Positions 25,855-37,000 of a DNA stretch of 64,000 nucleotides are shown here, piece by piece. The DNA comes from Phoronis australis (taxonomy: Eukaryota; Animalia; Phoronida): positions 1,098,101 through 1,162,100 of the forward strand of contig NMRA01000005.1 of assembly GCA_002633005.1 (NCBI GenBank). The letters are read 5' to 3'. The notes below the pieces were generated by a model, which was not told the origin of the DNA, did not search any database, and saw only the letters and a list, made by a program, of their open reading frames with translations. The translations under genes and the position numbers were made by a program. Positions within the stretch are counted from its first letter, which is position 1, and every line of letters starts with the position of its first letter.

Positions 25855-28653
25855 GCAACAAAGAAAAGAGCAACAAGACGACTTCAGAGCAAAACCACTG
25901 AGCAATTTTAATGGATTTTTTTCAATAACTCACTTTCCAAAGCATGGTAGAGTAGGTCGAAGTCCTGTTTCGTCTTGGGGTTCATTCGCCGCTCAAATTC
26001 TCGTCGGATTCGGTCCTCCTTTTCCTTCTTCTTCCTTATCTCCTCCTGACGTTCCCACTCCAGTCTCATGGCCTTGTCCTTGCGCACGTGCTCAACCACT
26101 CTCTTGGCCAACCAACGGCGGTAGTACTTTTGAATAATAATGACCTGTATACAGATATACAACAACAGCTTATTAACATGACATAGGCAAGAAACTCGAG
26201 CTTCAAAAGTAGGGCCACCTATATTAATGTGGGTGGCCCTGCTCTTCAATTGCCTTAGAGAATACAAGGACAAGTGGCTTTCGGCATTTTATCTACTGGG
26301 ATTAAAAATCATGATTTGTTTTGATGTATCACATACAAAAATTTGGTTTAATTTGAATTTTAACTGCTTTATTCGCCAAACGCCAGCCCAGGAACTCTAA
26401 AAGCAGGAGGCCCAAGTTTTGAAGAATATCAGTTTTGCACTAATTTAGTGGCAAGCCTATTTAGAAAATTTTCAACACATGAAAGGTTACATTAAATTTA
26501 GTTATTTCCCACCTGGAAATGGTCAAATAGTATATAAGGATAACCTGCTAATAACTTGTTCGCAATGTAAACCGTTTCTAAATAAACCAAACTGGCAGTG
26601 ACTTGAAACAAACCTTTTTGAGGATCATTGCGTGGTACTCCTCTGCCGTTGTATACTGTCCAGGCACCATCAACTTGTCCTCCATGTTAGATACGTAGAG
26701 CCCGACCTTTGTCATCTGCGTCGACGAATCGCTAAACGTCTGTTGAACTTGGTGCCTTTGTTGTACGGTTTGTGTGTCACGGCAGAAGCGCGGTACATTG
26801 GTGGGTGCGCGAACTTTCTGCATGGTCTGCGCCGAGGCATGGTGGTACTCAGCGTTGGTCTTCTTGTGCCGGTAACCGCCGAGGAATGGCTTCTTGCGCG
26901 TGGCGCGCTCGATTTCCACAACCACATCCCGGTACTCACTGTGACCTAAAAAGTTGGTAAGTAGGTCAATAAACTGCTTTATACACTACGTAAATGTACA
27001 CTGGCAGATAGATGAGTAATAATGCCTGAATTTGAGTGAATTTAGAAGCAACAAGTACCTCACAAAACTGCATGACCATGCAAGCCTTGATGAGATATTG
27101 CCAGGCATTACAAATCAACACACGATCAAATTAGCTGTTCTCAGCATAGAGCTACAGAAAACAACTAAAATTAATTAAGAAACGACCCCGTGTAAATAAA
27201 AAGCCACATACCATCCATAACCCTAACAGTGATCACGTCTGGCATCTGGTATTCCTGCCGTGGCCTGTATGCCTTCATAGGTGTATTCACTGGGTCGGCT
27301 GACTGCATCTCTAATTGCACCGTACCGTTAGGTCCTACCCCCAGCTCTCCGAGGGTCATCATGTCTGCTGTGGCTTTACCGTCAAACATCAGCAAGATGG
27401 CGCTGGCAGGCATCTTCAGCTCATGGGAAAAGTGCTCCTTGAGTTCCAGCAATGTCTGGCTAAGTTGGCAAGCTAGTGTCGCCACCTGGCCACTAGGCAT
27501 CAAAACAAACTTGACTGCAAACAATCAAGAGCATAATTTGAGACAAAACAAACAAAGAAAACTATATACATATACATATGCATATGGATATACATATACA
27601 TTATATGTATATGTGTCCTAACTATTACAAAACATTTGATAGTATATAATAAATTATGAGTTCCATTACACAGCGCTCAATTACCCAACCGAATATTCAT
27701 GTCTAATAGGATCAAGATATATTAAATGTTACTAAAAATCATTTGCTTCACAACTTAAAAGGCAACACAACACAATAATGTGAAGTGGTTGGGCAATATT
27801 TTCAAATACTGCACTATTAAAATAGTATATGTGTTGTGTATTAAGCATCAAAATTATCAAAATACATCTGAATTTCACACTAACCTGTAGCAGTAGCATG
27901 TGTATTCACAAATGACCTAGGAGACACGGGCGGCTGCGGCGACACCGCATGGGGGTCCACCTCCTCGGTCGCTACGTTGGGTTCAGTAGCCGTACCCACG
28001 TTCTCTTTTGTCTCTTCCTCACCCGTTACCTGAACCTCCTCCACTGGACCTACATCCTGTTCTACTGCATAACCACCACCAGCCACCTCCTCTGTTTTCA
28101 GTTCTTCACCACCTGGAGGTGCCTCGGTCTCCGCAATAGTTTCCTGTGCAACACCTTCCTCGACATTGTCCAGATTTTCAGCCCCTGCCTCTTGAGTTTC
28201 CGTTTCCTGATTTTCACTTTCTTGGATGGCTGTGTCTGCCATTTGGTCAGATTCCTTGTTTTTGACATCTGCAGTTTCTGTACTTTCCACCATGGGCTGC
28301 TCTCCAGACTCCACCAGCTCGACATCTGCAGGCTTTTCCCCAGACTCTACATTTTCAACTTCCACATTTTCTGCATCCTGCTCTTCCACATTGTCCGTGT
28401 CCTTAGCAACGTCTTGATTACTCTCCGCCAAAGTTTCTACAGGTTGATCTGCAACCTTTTCTGGTTGCCCACTTTCTGCAGTGTCTACAGCCTCTTCTTG
28501 ACTTTGTCCAGCCTCTTCCTGCAAATTTTCACCAACACCTTCCTGGTTTTCATCAGCACCTTGAGTTCCTTCGTCATTTACTGGTGCTTGACTATCCTCC
28601 ACCGGGTTTGCTTCCGTTTCAGCAGGCTCAGCTTGAGCTGCGTTATCGGCCAT
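21759..28653 (-). CDS. IQUB: IQ motif and ubiquitin-like domain-containing protein (radial-spoke stalk), complete 10-exon CDS, 2757 nt / ~918 aa
   Basis: Acidic N-terminus, ubiquitin-like domain, [24 protein letters not shown] motif, [46 protein letters not shown], CxxC..Cxx[15 protein letters not shown]; all ten exons join GT-AG in consistent phase. Confidence 0.95.
22025..22330. repeat. ~78-bp minisatellite, ~4 copies, in IQUB last intron
   Basis: Unit GGTGTTTATGCAAAC..GATAGGGTAATTATTATTCA..AACATTRCCRTGRCAACACT..ATA repeated. Confidence 0.9.
22331..22516 (-). CDS. IQUB: IQUB coding exon 9
   Basis: [29 protein letters not shown]; phase 0/0. Confidence 0.92.
22943..23191 (-). CDS. IQUB: IQUB coding exon 8
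   Basis: [30 protein letters not shown]; phase 0/0. Confidence 0.92.
23787..23963 (-). CDS. IQUB: IQUB coding exon 7
   Basis: [35 protein letters not shown]; AAG acceptor; phase 0/0. Confidence 0.92.
24360..24530 (-). CDS. IQUB: IQUB coding exon 6
   Basis: [27 protein letters not shown]; phase 0/0. Confidence 0.92.
25074..25249 (-). CDS. IQUB: IQUB coding exon 5
   Basis: (K)[44 protein letters not shown]; phase 1/0. Confidence 0.92.
25821..25854. repeat. (AAT)n microsatellite
   Basis: ~11 perfect AAT units. Confidence 0.95.
25934..26144 (-). CDS. IQUB: IQUB coding exon 4 (IQ motif)
   Basis: [22 protein letters not shown]; phase 0/1. Confidence 0.93.
26614..26945 (-). CDS. IQUB: IQUB coding exon 3
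   Basis: (G)[32 protein letters not shown]; phase 1/0. Confidence 0.93.
27212..27514 (-). CDS. IQUB: IQUB coding exon 2 (ubiquitin-like domain)
   Basis: (V)[36 protein letters not shown]; phase 1/1. Confidence 0.93.
27885..28653 (-). CDS. IQUB: IQUB coding exon 1 (acidic low-complexity N-terminus)
   Basis: Open 256-codon E/Q/A-rich frame from ATG 28653; acceptor 14 nt upstream (exon starts 28667); phase-1 donor at 27885/27884. Confidence 0.88.
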
Positions 28654-29401
28654 TGCTGTTTGTAAATCTGTAAAATAAATTACAGATATTTTTTTGTACA
28701 GATTGAGGTCACCATGCGTGTATTCTCAGGATTATGGACTTAACACGCAGTTTTTGGTAAGCCATTTTAGAAGGTTTAGTAACTCGGCACACAACATGGT
28801 CAACAGTTTGAAAAGCAGAAACTGGTCGACTGACATGTTATATGGAAAGCTTAAAAAATTGGGCACCAGCTGACTTCATTATTAATGTACCTTAAAGTGC
28901 CATCAATGAGAAACTTGACCACACAGCCCAGGGCCTAATCTCTAAACTCATACTCAAAACTGCACTTTGGCTCTGTATAGTTGTCCATTTGTATCCTTAC
29001 CTTTAGGGATTTGTGGGTGATGCAGAGCTTCAACCAATTATTTTGCATCATTAGAGTACAAATTTGTGACTATAATCCTGCCAATGCAATTGATCAAATT
29101 TCGAATCAAGTTTCGAATACGGAGATTAGATGATTAGACCACGAGTCCAAGATGCCTCTCTTTGACTTGCTCAGGATCCCGTAACTAAACTGAGTTTAAC
29201 TACGCAATTACTGCAGTTCCAATAAATAACTACACGATCTCACATCCACTGAAAGTAACTGTTTCTCACTTTACCCTGCCTACACTCATAACTGGATGTA
29301 GGGAGCACGAAAGCCTAAATGAAACTTGATTGAAAGACATGGTCATGGCGTTGGGATACATGTTCACCGGACCACGCTTTCAATTCTTCTCAGTGCCTTA
29401 C

Positions 29402-29550
29402 CAGCAACAAAATTCGACCACCAATGTATCGCAAAGGAATTCTAATAACTTTATACTCTTGGAATACTTACTTCAATGGATTAAAACAGCAACACAGCAC
29501 AGAAAAAGTGTTCTCGAGGAATCTTCACAAAATGGAAATCATATGCAGCT
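29402..29550 (-). other. IQUB: Putative non-coding first exon of IQUB
   Basis: Strong donor CTG|GTAAGG at 29402/29401; the ATG exon begins with an acceptor, so an upstream exon is needed; 5' end estimated. Confidence 0.5.
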
Positions 29551-29850
29551 TGTTGCCTTGTTGTGATGACGTCACGGTTACTACGCATGGCGGACATTTC
29601 TACTAAAGTGACACTTTGGCATAATGATTTATTTCATTAAAAATATTCATTTGAAATTTTGGACAAATACTTTGAAGTAAAGTTTTTAAAATCTTCTAAA
29701 TATTATTTTTTATGGCGAGATTTATTCTCTATTTTTGTGAAATTTTGTTTTTTAAACATATATTATCTAGGTTTAAGTACATGTTAAACAATATTTTAGA
29801 AACATTCGCAAATCTCGAAATATCCCAGGAGTTCGTCCATAACAACACTT
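29550..29850. promoter_or_regulatory. Putative bidirectional promoter of IQUB and DNAH12
   Basis: GTTGCC (29552) and GTTACTA (29577) RFX half-sites either side of a CRE palindrome TGACGTCA (29567-29574); very AT-rich core ~29620-29820; X-box-like TCGTCCATAACAAC (29833-29846). Confidence 0.55.
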
Positions 29851-29986
29851 GTGAATTTTTAAACGCAGTTTTTAGCTAAAATTATGAACGATCTGCGTTG
29901 ACCGATGGTTTAATTACCACAGATGCAGACAACTTAATACTTCCCTGTATTGAAAGCAACTGAACTGTGCCAAAGACCAACAAAAG
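29850..29986 (+). other. DNAH12: Putative non-coding first exon of DNAH12
   Basis: Donor AAG|GTGAGA at 29986/29987; the ATG at 30845 directly follows an acceptor (TTTTGCCAG); 5' end estimated. Confidence 0.5.
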
Positions 29987-30844
29987 GTGAGAAATTGTTG
30001 TCGAATTGGTGTGTCTAGTAGGTGAACTCGCAAGAGCCGAGCCGAACAGGCGACGGTGACTTGGTTGCGTTGAAACCGTTTAGTAATACATCATATTGCA
30101 GTGGTGTAACTGATCAAGTCGTGACTATTTATATAACTTCCTCGTTAGGTTTGATGCAAAGGAAAATTCCAAAATGTATTTTAGTTTTCACAAATTGGCC
30201 GAAAACATGCAGCCTCGGTTTTGCATTGGCAAAGGCAAAGCCTGGTTTCATGTTATTCTTTCACCATCCCATCTGAGACTACATCCAGACGAAGAGGGGA
30301 TGGTTTACTGAGGACACACGTCAGTTTCTCAATCATAGTCTGTCTGTTAAATTTTATTTAATGGAGGTGCAGCTGCCTCCACTGGGAAAACTGTGAATGC
30401 TGGTTTTGTAACTGACTGGTGTTGTTTTGGCCACTTGTATCGCATGCCATTTTTGCATATCCTCTGTAGTCCTCTGACCATCAGCACTTTGGAAGTTTTA
30501 GTGCTTCACTATTAATGAGAGGTAGTTTTAGCTGTGTAAAAATTGTGACGTAAACATACTTTGGGTTTGGAGTTGAAAGGATTTTAAAATGTCGCCTGCA
30601 GCAGCATTCGCTCAATGCTCGGAAAGTAGTTGTGATGAAATTTTGATGTCTTAACGTATGTTTAACCAAATTCAAATTTGCCTGGTTTCCAGTTAATATC
30701 TGTCGCACTAGTACAAATAATTGTGTATGCGTGACAGAATTAAACGCTGCTTGTTCCTAGAAGCGCAGCATATGTATTTAATTGACACTCGTTTCATAAA
30801 TATGCATTTATCATTCATGCTCATCTTCATTTTGATTTTGCCAG

Positions 30845-31026
30845 ATGTCTGCAGTAAATGGGCACAGTTACAAGAATGGTGGATCCGCGCGTCGGTCGCC
30901 GGAAGGAATGCCTCGTCTTCCACCAATCTCCAAACCGAAACTGGAGATAAAAGACCCCTATGCCGACAGCAAACTCATGAAGTTCAGACTGGCCAACAGT
31001 AAACAAGAACTGCTGACAAAGATAAT
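30845..31026 (+). CDS. DNAH12: DNAH12 coding exon 1
   Basis: [27 protein letters not shown]; donor AT|GTATGT, phase 2. Confidence 0.75.
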
Positions 31027-34000
31027 GTATGTATAGTGCATAAAAAGTTATAACGTTCATGGCTTTAAAAGGCAAAGCAACAAACCATTTGCTCTTGGCG
31101 ATGTCCGATGACAAAAACCTGAACTCCAGAATGAGACCACTTATAACTTTTGGCTTGAATGTCATGTATTGGTGAGCTCTGAAGCTGAATGTCATGCCAC
31201 CTGTCGGTCCTAGCCTTAAATCAAGGACCAATAACACTAGCAAATCTAGGTCACAATGTCTTTAAGGGAGGCAACCACAGTGTTTAAAATAAAATGTCCT
31301 TATTAGTAATCATAAAAACAGCATGTTAGTGGCATTTTTGCCATGTCCCTGGGCCCTAAATCTGTCTATGAATAAGTGACTCTACTTACTAATAACTGAG
31401 GTGTGAATCAGGCTTTGCAAATTTTATGAGCCAAAATGTAATTACTCGTCTTCCTAACATGAATTTGTGCAAAAGCTATGAATTGTGGAGAATTGATTGT
31501 GACTTAAATAAAGATTTTTAATTTCAGACATTCACTGCTAACATTTCCATTTTACTGTTTTTGGGTTTAATACTTACTGCAAATGTCCAAAATTTTACAT
31601 ATAGGTAAATAAAACAACAAAAATGGATCAACTGAAATTTTCGGATGTGATAACATCCTTCATCAACAGAAACAGAAGTAAAATAAAATCAAACACTATA
31701 TGACAATTGACATTTAAGATGTAGCGTAATGAATATGATACATTGTTGTGGAAAAAATTCAAGGATATAATTCAAGAAGTTTTTATATTTAATCCATTAG
31801 GTTCAAGTGTATTGAGCTTGCCTATCCAAAATTTTATCTTTTAAAACTGTGAGGGGTACTGGGATATTGATGTTTTCACATTTATTTTCTACCTAAATTT
31901 TACCAAATGTGTTTGATGACAAATCATACTAAAACTTTTTTACCGATGTTTTTAAAAGGGGACTGTAGTCAAAATAATGTTGCAGTTAATCGGTTCTAAC
32001 ATACAAATAAAACTCACATTTGCCTGACTTGCGTGCCAAACAAAAGCCAATTCGAATTCATGGTCAAAACACTGAATTCTGAAAGCGATCGCTGATTGGC
32101 TGATGCGTCAGTGACGTGAACGGCGGGGTATCGGCTGCTTTACACATTCATTGCTTATGTCATATTTGAAGAGTTTACATCGTAATTTATCATTGTATCA
32201 ATCGTCCTTATTTTTTATTGTTTGCCACAATGCTGTAAAAGGTTCGCTATGCCTTTTTGTATGGCACCTGGTTGCTCAAACTCTTCGAAAAAGGCGTCTT
32301 CAAAAGGGATGGTCATCGCATACCATCGCCGGGTTACCCAAGCTTTGTCCCAAAGCTCATTGTAGATATAGGCCAACAGGTTTAAGCGGATATGGGTAAA
32401 AAATGTACAAATAAAATCTGACTCAAACTTAAAACTAAGTCATCCTTGAGTAAACCTAGGAACCAGGTTCCTAGAGTAAACTAACTTCTGTATTTACCGG
32501 TGTTGGAAATGTTAGCGATCGTTCATCGGCTGGTGCTAGTAAAATTGTGATGTGTTCTCTTGAGTCACCTGACCTTTACCAGTTTCTTTTCCCCCTGATT
32601 CTTTTATCAAGTGTTCGTCGCTGACGCTACCTATGTTGCGTACATGTTATAACAAATTATCGGAGCTTGTTTCATTTTGTTTCAAGTTTTTAGTATTTTT
32701 ACACCAGCAAGCCGAATTTTAGAACAACCTTGGTGCTGCGAAGCTGTTATGATGTCCCGAAAGACGTCTCAAATTTTTATGAAATGGCGCGTGCGCCGTG
32801 TCACGAGCGTACTGTTCTTGAAACGGACAACACACTTCTTTGTTAAAAAGGCGGCAAATTATGCTACCAAAGGACGTTTATTTGATTGTTTTCCACTTAA
32901 ACGGCTGCAACGAACAATGGAAGTGTCGGGTGACTATATCAGATTTTGCATGCGCCCCCGCCGGTCCGTTAGCTTTATATGTTGATGTAGCCTAAGTTTT
33001 ACGACGAGGTGACGAGCATAACTGAGTCAACTATACCCGGGTAGTCAACGGCTGTCTGAAATTTCGGGGTTAACGGAGCTCAACACACAGTGGTACGATA
33101 GTCTTCATACAGGTACAGTCGGTAACTTACCAACCCTTCAAGTTTACAGAGCTGCCGGAGTACTGGCTGACAGCTGGCTGACTGGATGGCTAGAGTCCAC
33201 ATTGCCCTCGGCACAGTCACTGACACCAGTTGCACCGGCAAATTTTCGTCTGACAATGACGATGACTGGGTATCATTTTGTGTTGCCTCGGCTCAAACAG
33301 GTATCCCTTGTGACCCGAAATTTCACACTAAAATTTCGACATATAAAAAACGCTACTTGATTGCACGCTAACACACGACAGTGACTTTGCCCCCGCCAAA
33401 TACGTCACGAGACTAAGCAGCGCTCCAAGCCGGTAATTTTTTGAGCTTCGTTTGAGAATATAAGTTTAATTTTTGGTGTTGAATTATTTGTGAAGTTAAT
33501 CAACAATTGATAGAAAACTATCCAGAATTTATTCAGAATAAAATACAGTTCCCTTTTAAATTTAAACTTTTAAGAAGTAAAATTTCTCTTTTCTACCACA
33601 TATTCTTCTAAAGTAAATTTTCTTTCCTGTAATTAAAGTTGAGGTAGAGATTTGTAGGGAGATAAACATAAATTTCCACAAACATGTCATGAATGTTTCT
33701 TGCATTATCGTTCAAATGAAAATCCTGTGTGTATTGCAGGCACGACAATGCTATGCAAGTTTATGCGCAGTATGAAGACAAAGCTGGGGCCGGAGCGCAG
33801 AAGACTTCAGGCGAACCAGAGTACCCAGCAGAGGTATGAACGGAAGGATTTCCCACAGGTGGCGGCGTTGGGCAAAATGGAGTGCCAGCCTAGCCCATCA
33901 TATGATAACTGAGAATTGATTTTATAAGTCACCGAGAGTGATCTCTATATTTCACAATATAGACATTTTAATCTCGTGTGAAATTGTGCCAAATCACACA

Positions 34001-37000
34001 ATGACTGTTCTTGTGCTGTGCTGATATCAAATTTAATTTTGCAGATAATCTCTGCATCTAACAAACAGATTTTAACATTCATCTTGCGGTCAAAATATGT
34101 CCCCAGTATATTTTTTCTACCTACCGTAGCCTCAGTGTAGAAATTTCTTTGCTAAAAGTATTCTCTACTGTATTTTTTAGCTAAAATGATCCTCTACACA
34201 TGATTCTCTTTCTTAAGGTCACTCTTCGGCCACATATCTTCATAGCACACTCGGTGAAAACCATTTATTCTTTGTGTTCAATTATGGAACATTGAGCAGG
34301 TGGAATTTTGCTTCAGAATCAACTTGGACTGAATATTTTGGTGACCTGTAGCACCCCCTGTTGGTAACCTGGGGGACTAATCAGAGAGAACACAATAAAG
34401 CAACTAAATCCCAAACGATCTGTTAGATATTTCTGTATGTGCCAAACTGTTGTGTTTTACAGTTCGTGCGAGGTTACTGCAAGGTCAGTTTTTTTCCTCG
34501 ACTATTTCACGGCAAAGTTTATGTTTCGTTTCACTGTGCTGTTTTTAATTGCATCCATCTTTAATCAGATTACGTAGAACTCTAGGCAGTTTTGTTATTG
34601 CACGGACGGAAGCATAAAGGAGTAAGGTATCTAGTCTTAAAACTGGATTTCATCCGGTTTAGCTGGTTAAAAACAAAAACTTGAATTCGACCTTTTACTG
34701 ACATTAACTTGGTCTCATAACACCATCAGAGGAATACACTTCCCTTGTGTATGAATACGTCAATCTCAATACGGCGTGGGAATGTGTTGTGAACATTCTA
34801 AGTCCCGTCAGCATGCCATCTGTTGGCCACATCACGTGACCTAATGAAATTAAGTCTGAAAAGATTTCTGGCCCAACTGGGTCTTGAACACAGGAACTTC
34901 TGCTAACCATGCAGACGCTCTAGCCAATGAGCCATCGGGACCACCAGTCAAGCACATGCCCCTTAACAATAAAACATCAAAACGAAATGGGGTTGGCAAA
35001 TTTGAAAATGACGCATACAGTAACGAAACTGGATTCCTATCATGGTAAGAAATGTAATGAGACAAAAGACCTAATTCGATTTTTGTTTTTAGCCAGCTGA
35101 ACAGGGCGAAATTCAGATTTAAATCTTGAAATAATTACACCATTAATTCAACATTTGATTTTACGAAAACATTTTACAAAAAATAACATGACCAGATAAA
35201 TCCAGTCATATATTCTTGTTTGAAGTACCAATTCATTCAAATTGTCCAATAATGGTCTGTTGTTACAGTCTGGAATACCAATGTTGGTATAACATGTTTT
35301 AGCTTTGTAAGTTTTTATAACAAAAATGAAGCTTGCAAATGACGAAACACAGATAACATGGGAGCTGGGCACGCTAGTCGAGCACAGTATTGCACGTCAT
35401 CACGTCGAAAAGAGTTAATCTACAATATGGATTTAGAATTTAAAGAACCTGGGTTTTACCAGTTCCAAAATTAGCCTTGTTAAATCAAGATATTGTAAAT
35501 ACACATAGTATCCAAAACATGTTTGTTGAAACATTTTATCTTTTTCTAGAGAGAAGCCAGCAAAGCGGGGGTCAGTTCATGTTTTTCTTGTCAGTAATGT
35601 TTACTGAATATTGTTTAGAGCAAGAAGGTGTGAATGTTAGATTCTGTTCTTTTTGGCTTACCGGCCCAGTCTGTAAGCTGTTTTCATGTTTTTGTCTGGC
35701 ATCCATTTCCACAGTATATGAAATTATTCCTTCTTAGTTTGGTTTGTATTTATTGGCTTGTACATGTAAGACTGATCTGAAGTCATGTGGCTTACAACTT
35801 TGCAGTCCTAACTTTGACATCAAATAACCTTCAAAAGTAAAAGTCAAGGTCAATGAAAATGTTGAAATGCGGCTTTTATCTCATAGGATACACGTACTTG
35901 TATTCAGATTTGACATTTGTGTTATCAGCAAATGATGCTTTTATTTCAAAATAATATTGCAATTTCATGAAGTAATGCTTAATTTCCCACATTTCAAATC
36001 TTTTGATTCAGATTTAATCTCAGTGTTTTTATCATTACTTGCTGGTCAGCTGCTGGTCATGTGGTCCTATATCTCTGTATTGAAAGACAAGACAGTTGTT
36101 CTTCTTTAAGAAACTTGTGAAAACATTATTTGCGTAAATCGCCAGCGTTTCATGCAGTGACACTGCTTGTCTATTTTCGGGAGTCGGACGTCGCAAGAGC
36201 TGACACCGAAATAAAAATCTTCAGGATAAAACAACGAATCTACTGGAACATATTTACAAAGTAGTTTGATTATTGTACATTATCTCTGGTGTGATTTAAT
36301 TTCTTGCCTAGTTAGAATAATTAGAATCTTAGTAAACTGCAGTAGGAGTCACCAGTATAAGTACAACAGGAGTGTCAAAGGTCAAATTTGTCACACTTTA
36401 GATAGTATACAATGACTTAAGTACCGCGTTCATATGTTCCTGTAAAATATATTGTTGTTCCTTTGTGGAATTTTTATTTGTTGTCATACCTGCGGTACAA
36501 CTCTTGTGACATCCGAATTCTAATGATGGATGAATTGTGGCACAGTATCAACAAATGACAGATCATTCAAGTGAAGACATCAAAGTCAAGTTAATGTTTA
36601 ACGAGACTTGTATGAAAGAAGGTTGTAGCCAGCTTTTACCGTTTGCTTGTGAATACAATTGTGTTGCATTGTATTGTTTTGTATTGTATGTTTCACTATC
36701 AAAGGTAGGGACCCTGATTTTCTGCAATAAAGGAAAACGGGTAACATTCATGGAATCCGACTTCTTTGAGGGTTTTAGGCATGTTTCAGTTAGATACGAG
36801 AATTTGAACATTTTTTGGTTTTCAATTATCGAAAGTTAAAAAGTCCTTTAAATTTGATACCCGAGACCAATTCTGGTCACAATTCAGTCACGATCACTGA
36901 AGGTTGCATTTTCTGCTAGTTCCTTGAAAATGGAATACAGCAAGTTATTGGTAAAACAGAGCTGTGTCTTAAGTGCACCAATTGCGAATATGAATTTCTC

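Noticed and set aside
27949-28665. 238-aa plus-strand hydrophobic ORF
   Set aside because: Antisense shadow of the low-complexity IQUB exon.
33121-33180. Repeat aligning exactly with the line start of position 1
   Set aside because: Formatting coincidence (offset is a multiple of 60); the copies differ by SNPs and indels.
34869-34942. Functional tRNA-Thr(GGT) gene
   Set aside because: Mismatches in acceptor and T stems, purine at the first anticodon-loop position, atypical anticodon and repeat context; kept as tRNA-like only.
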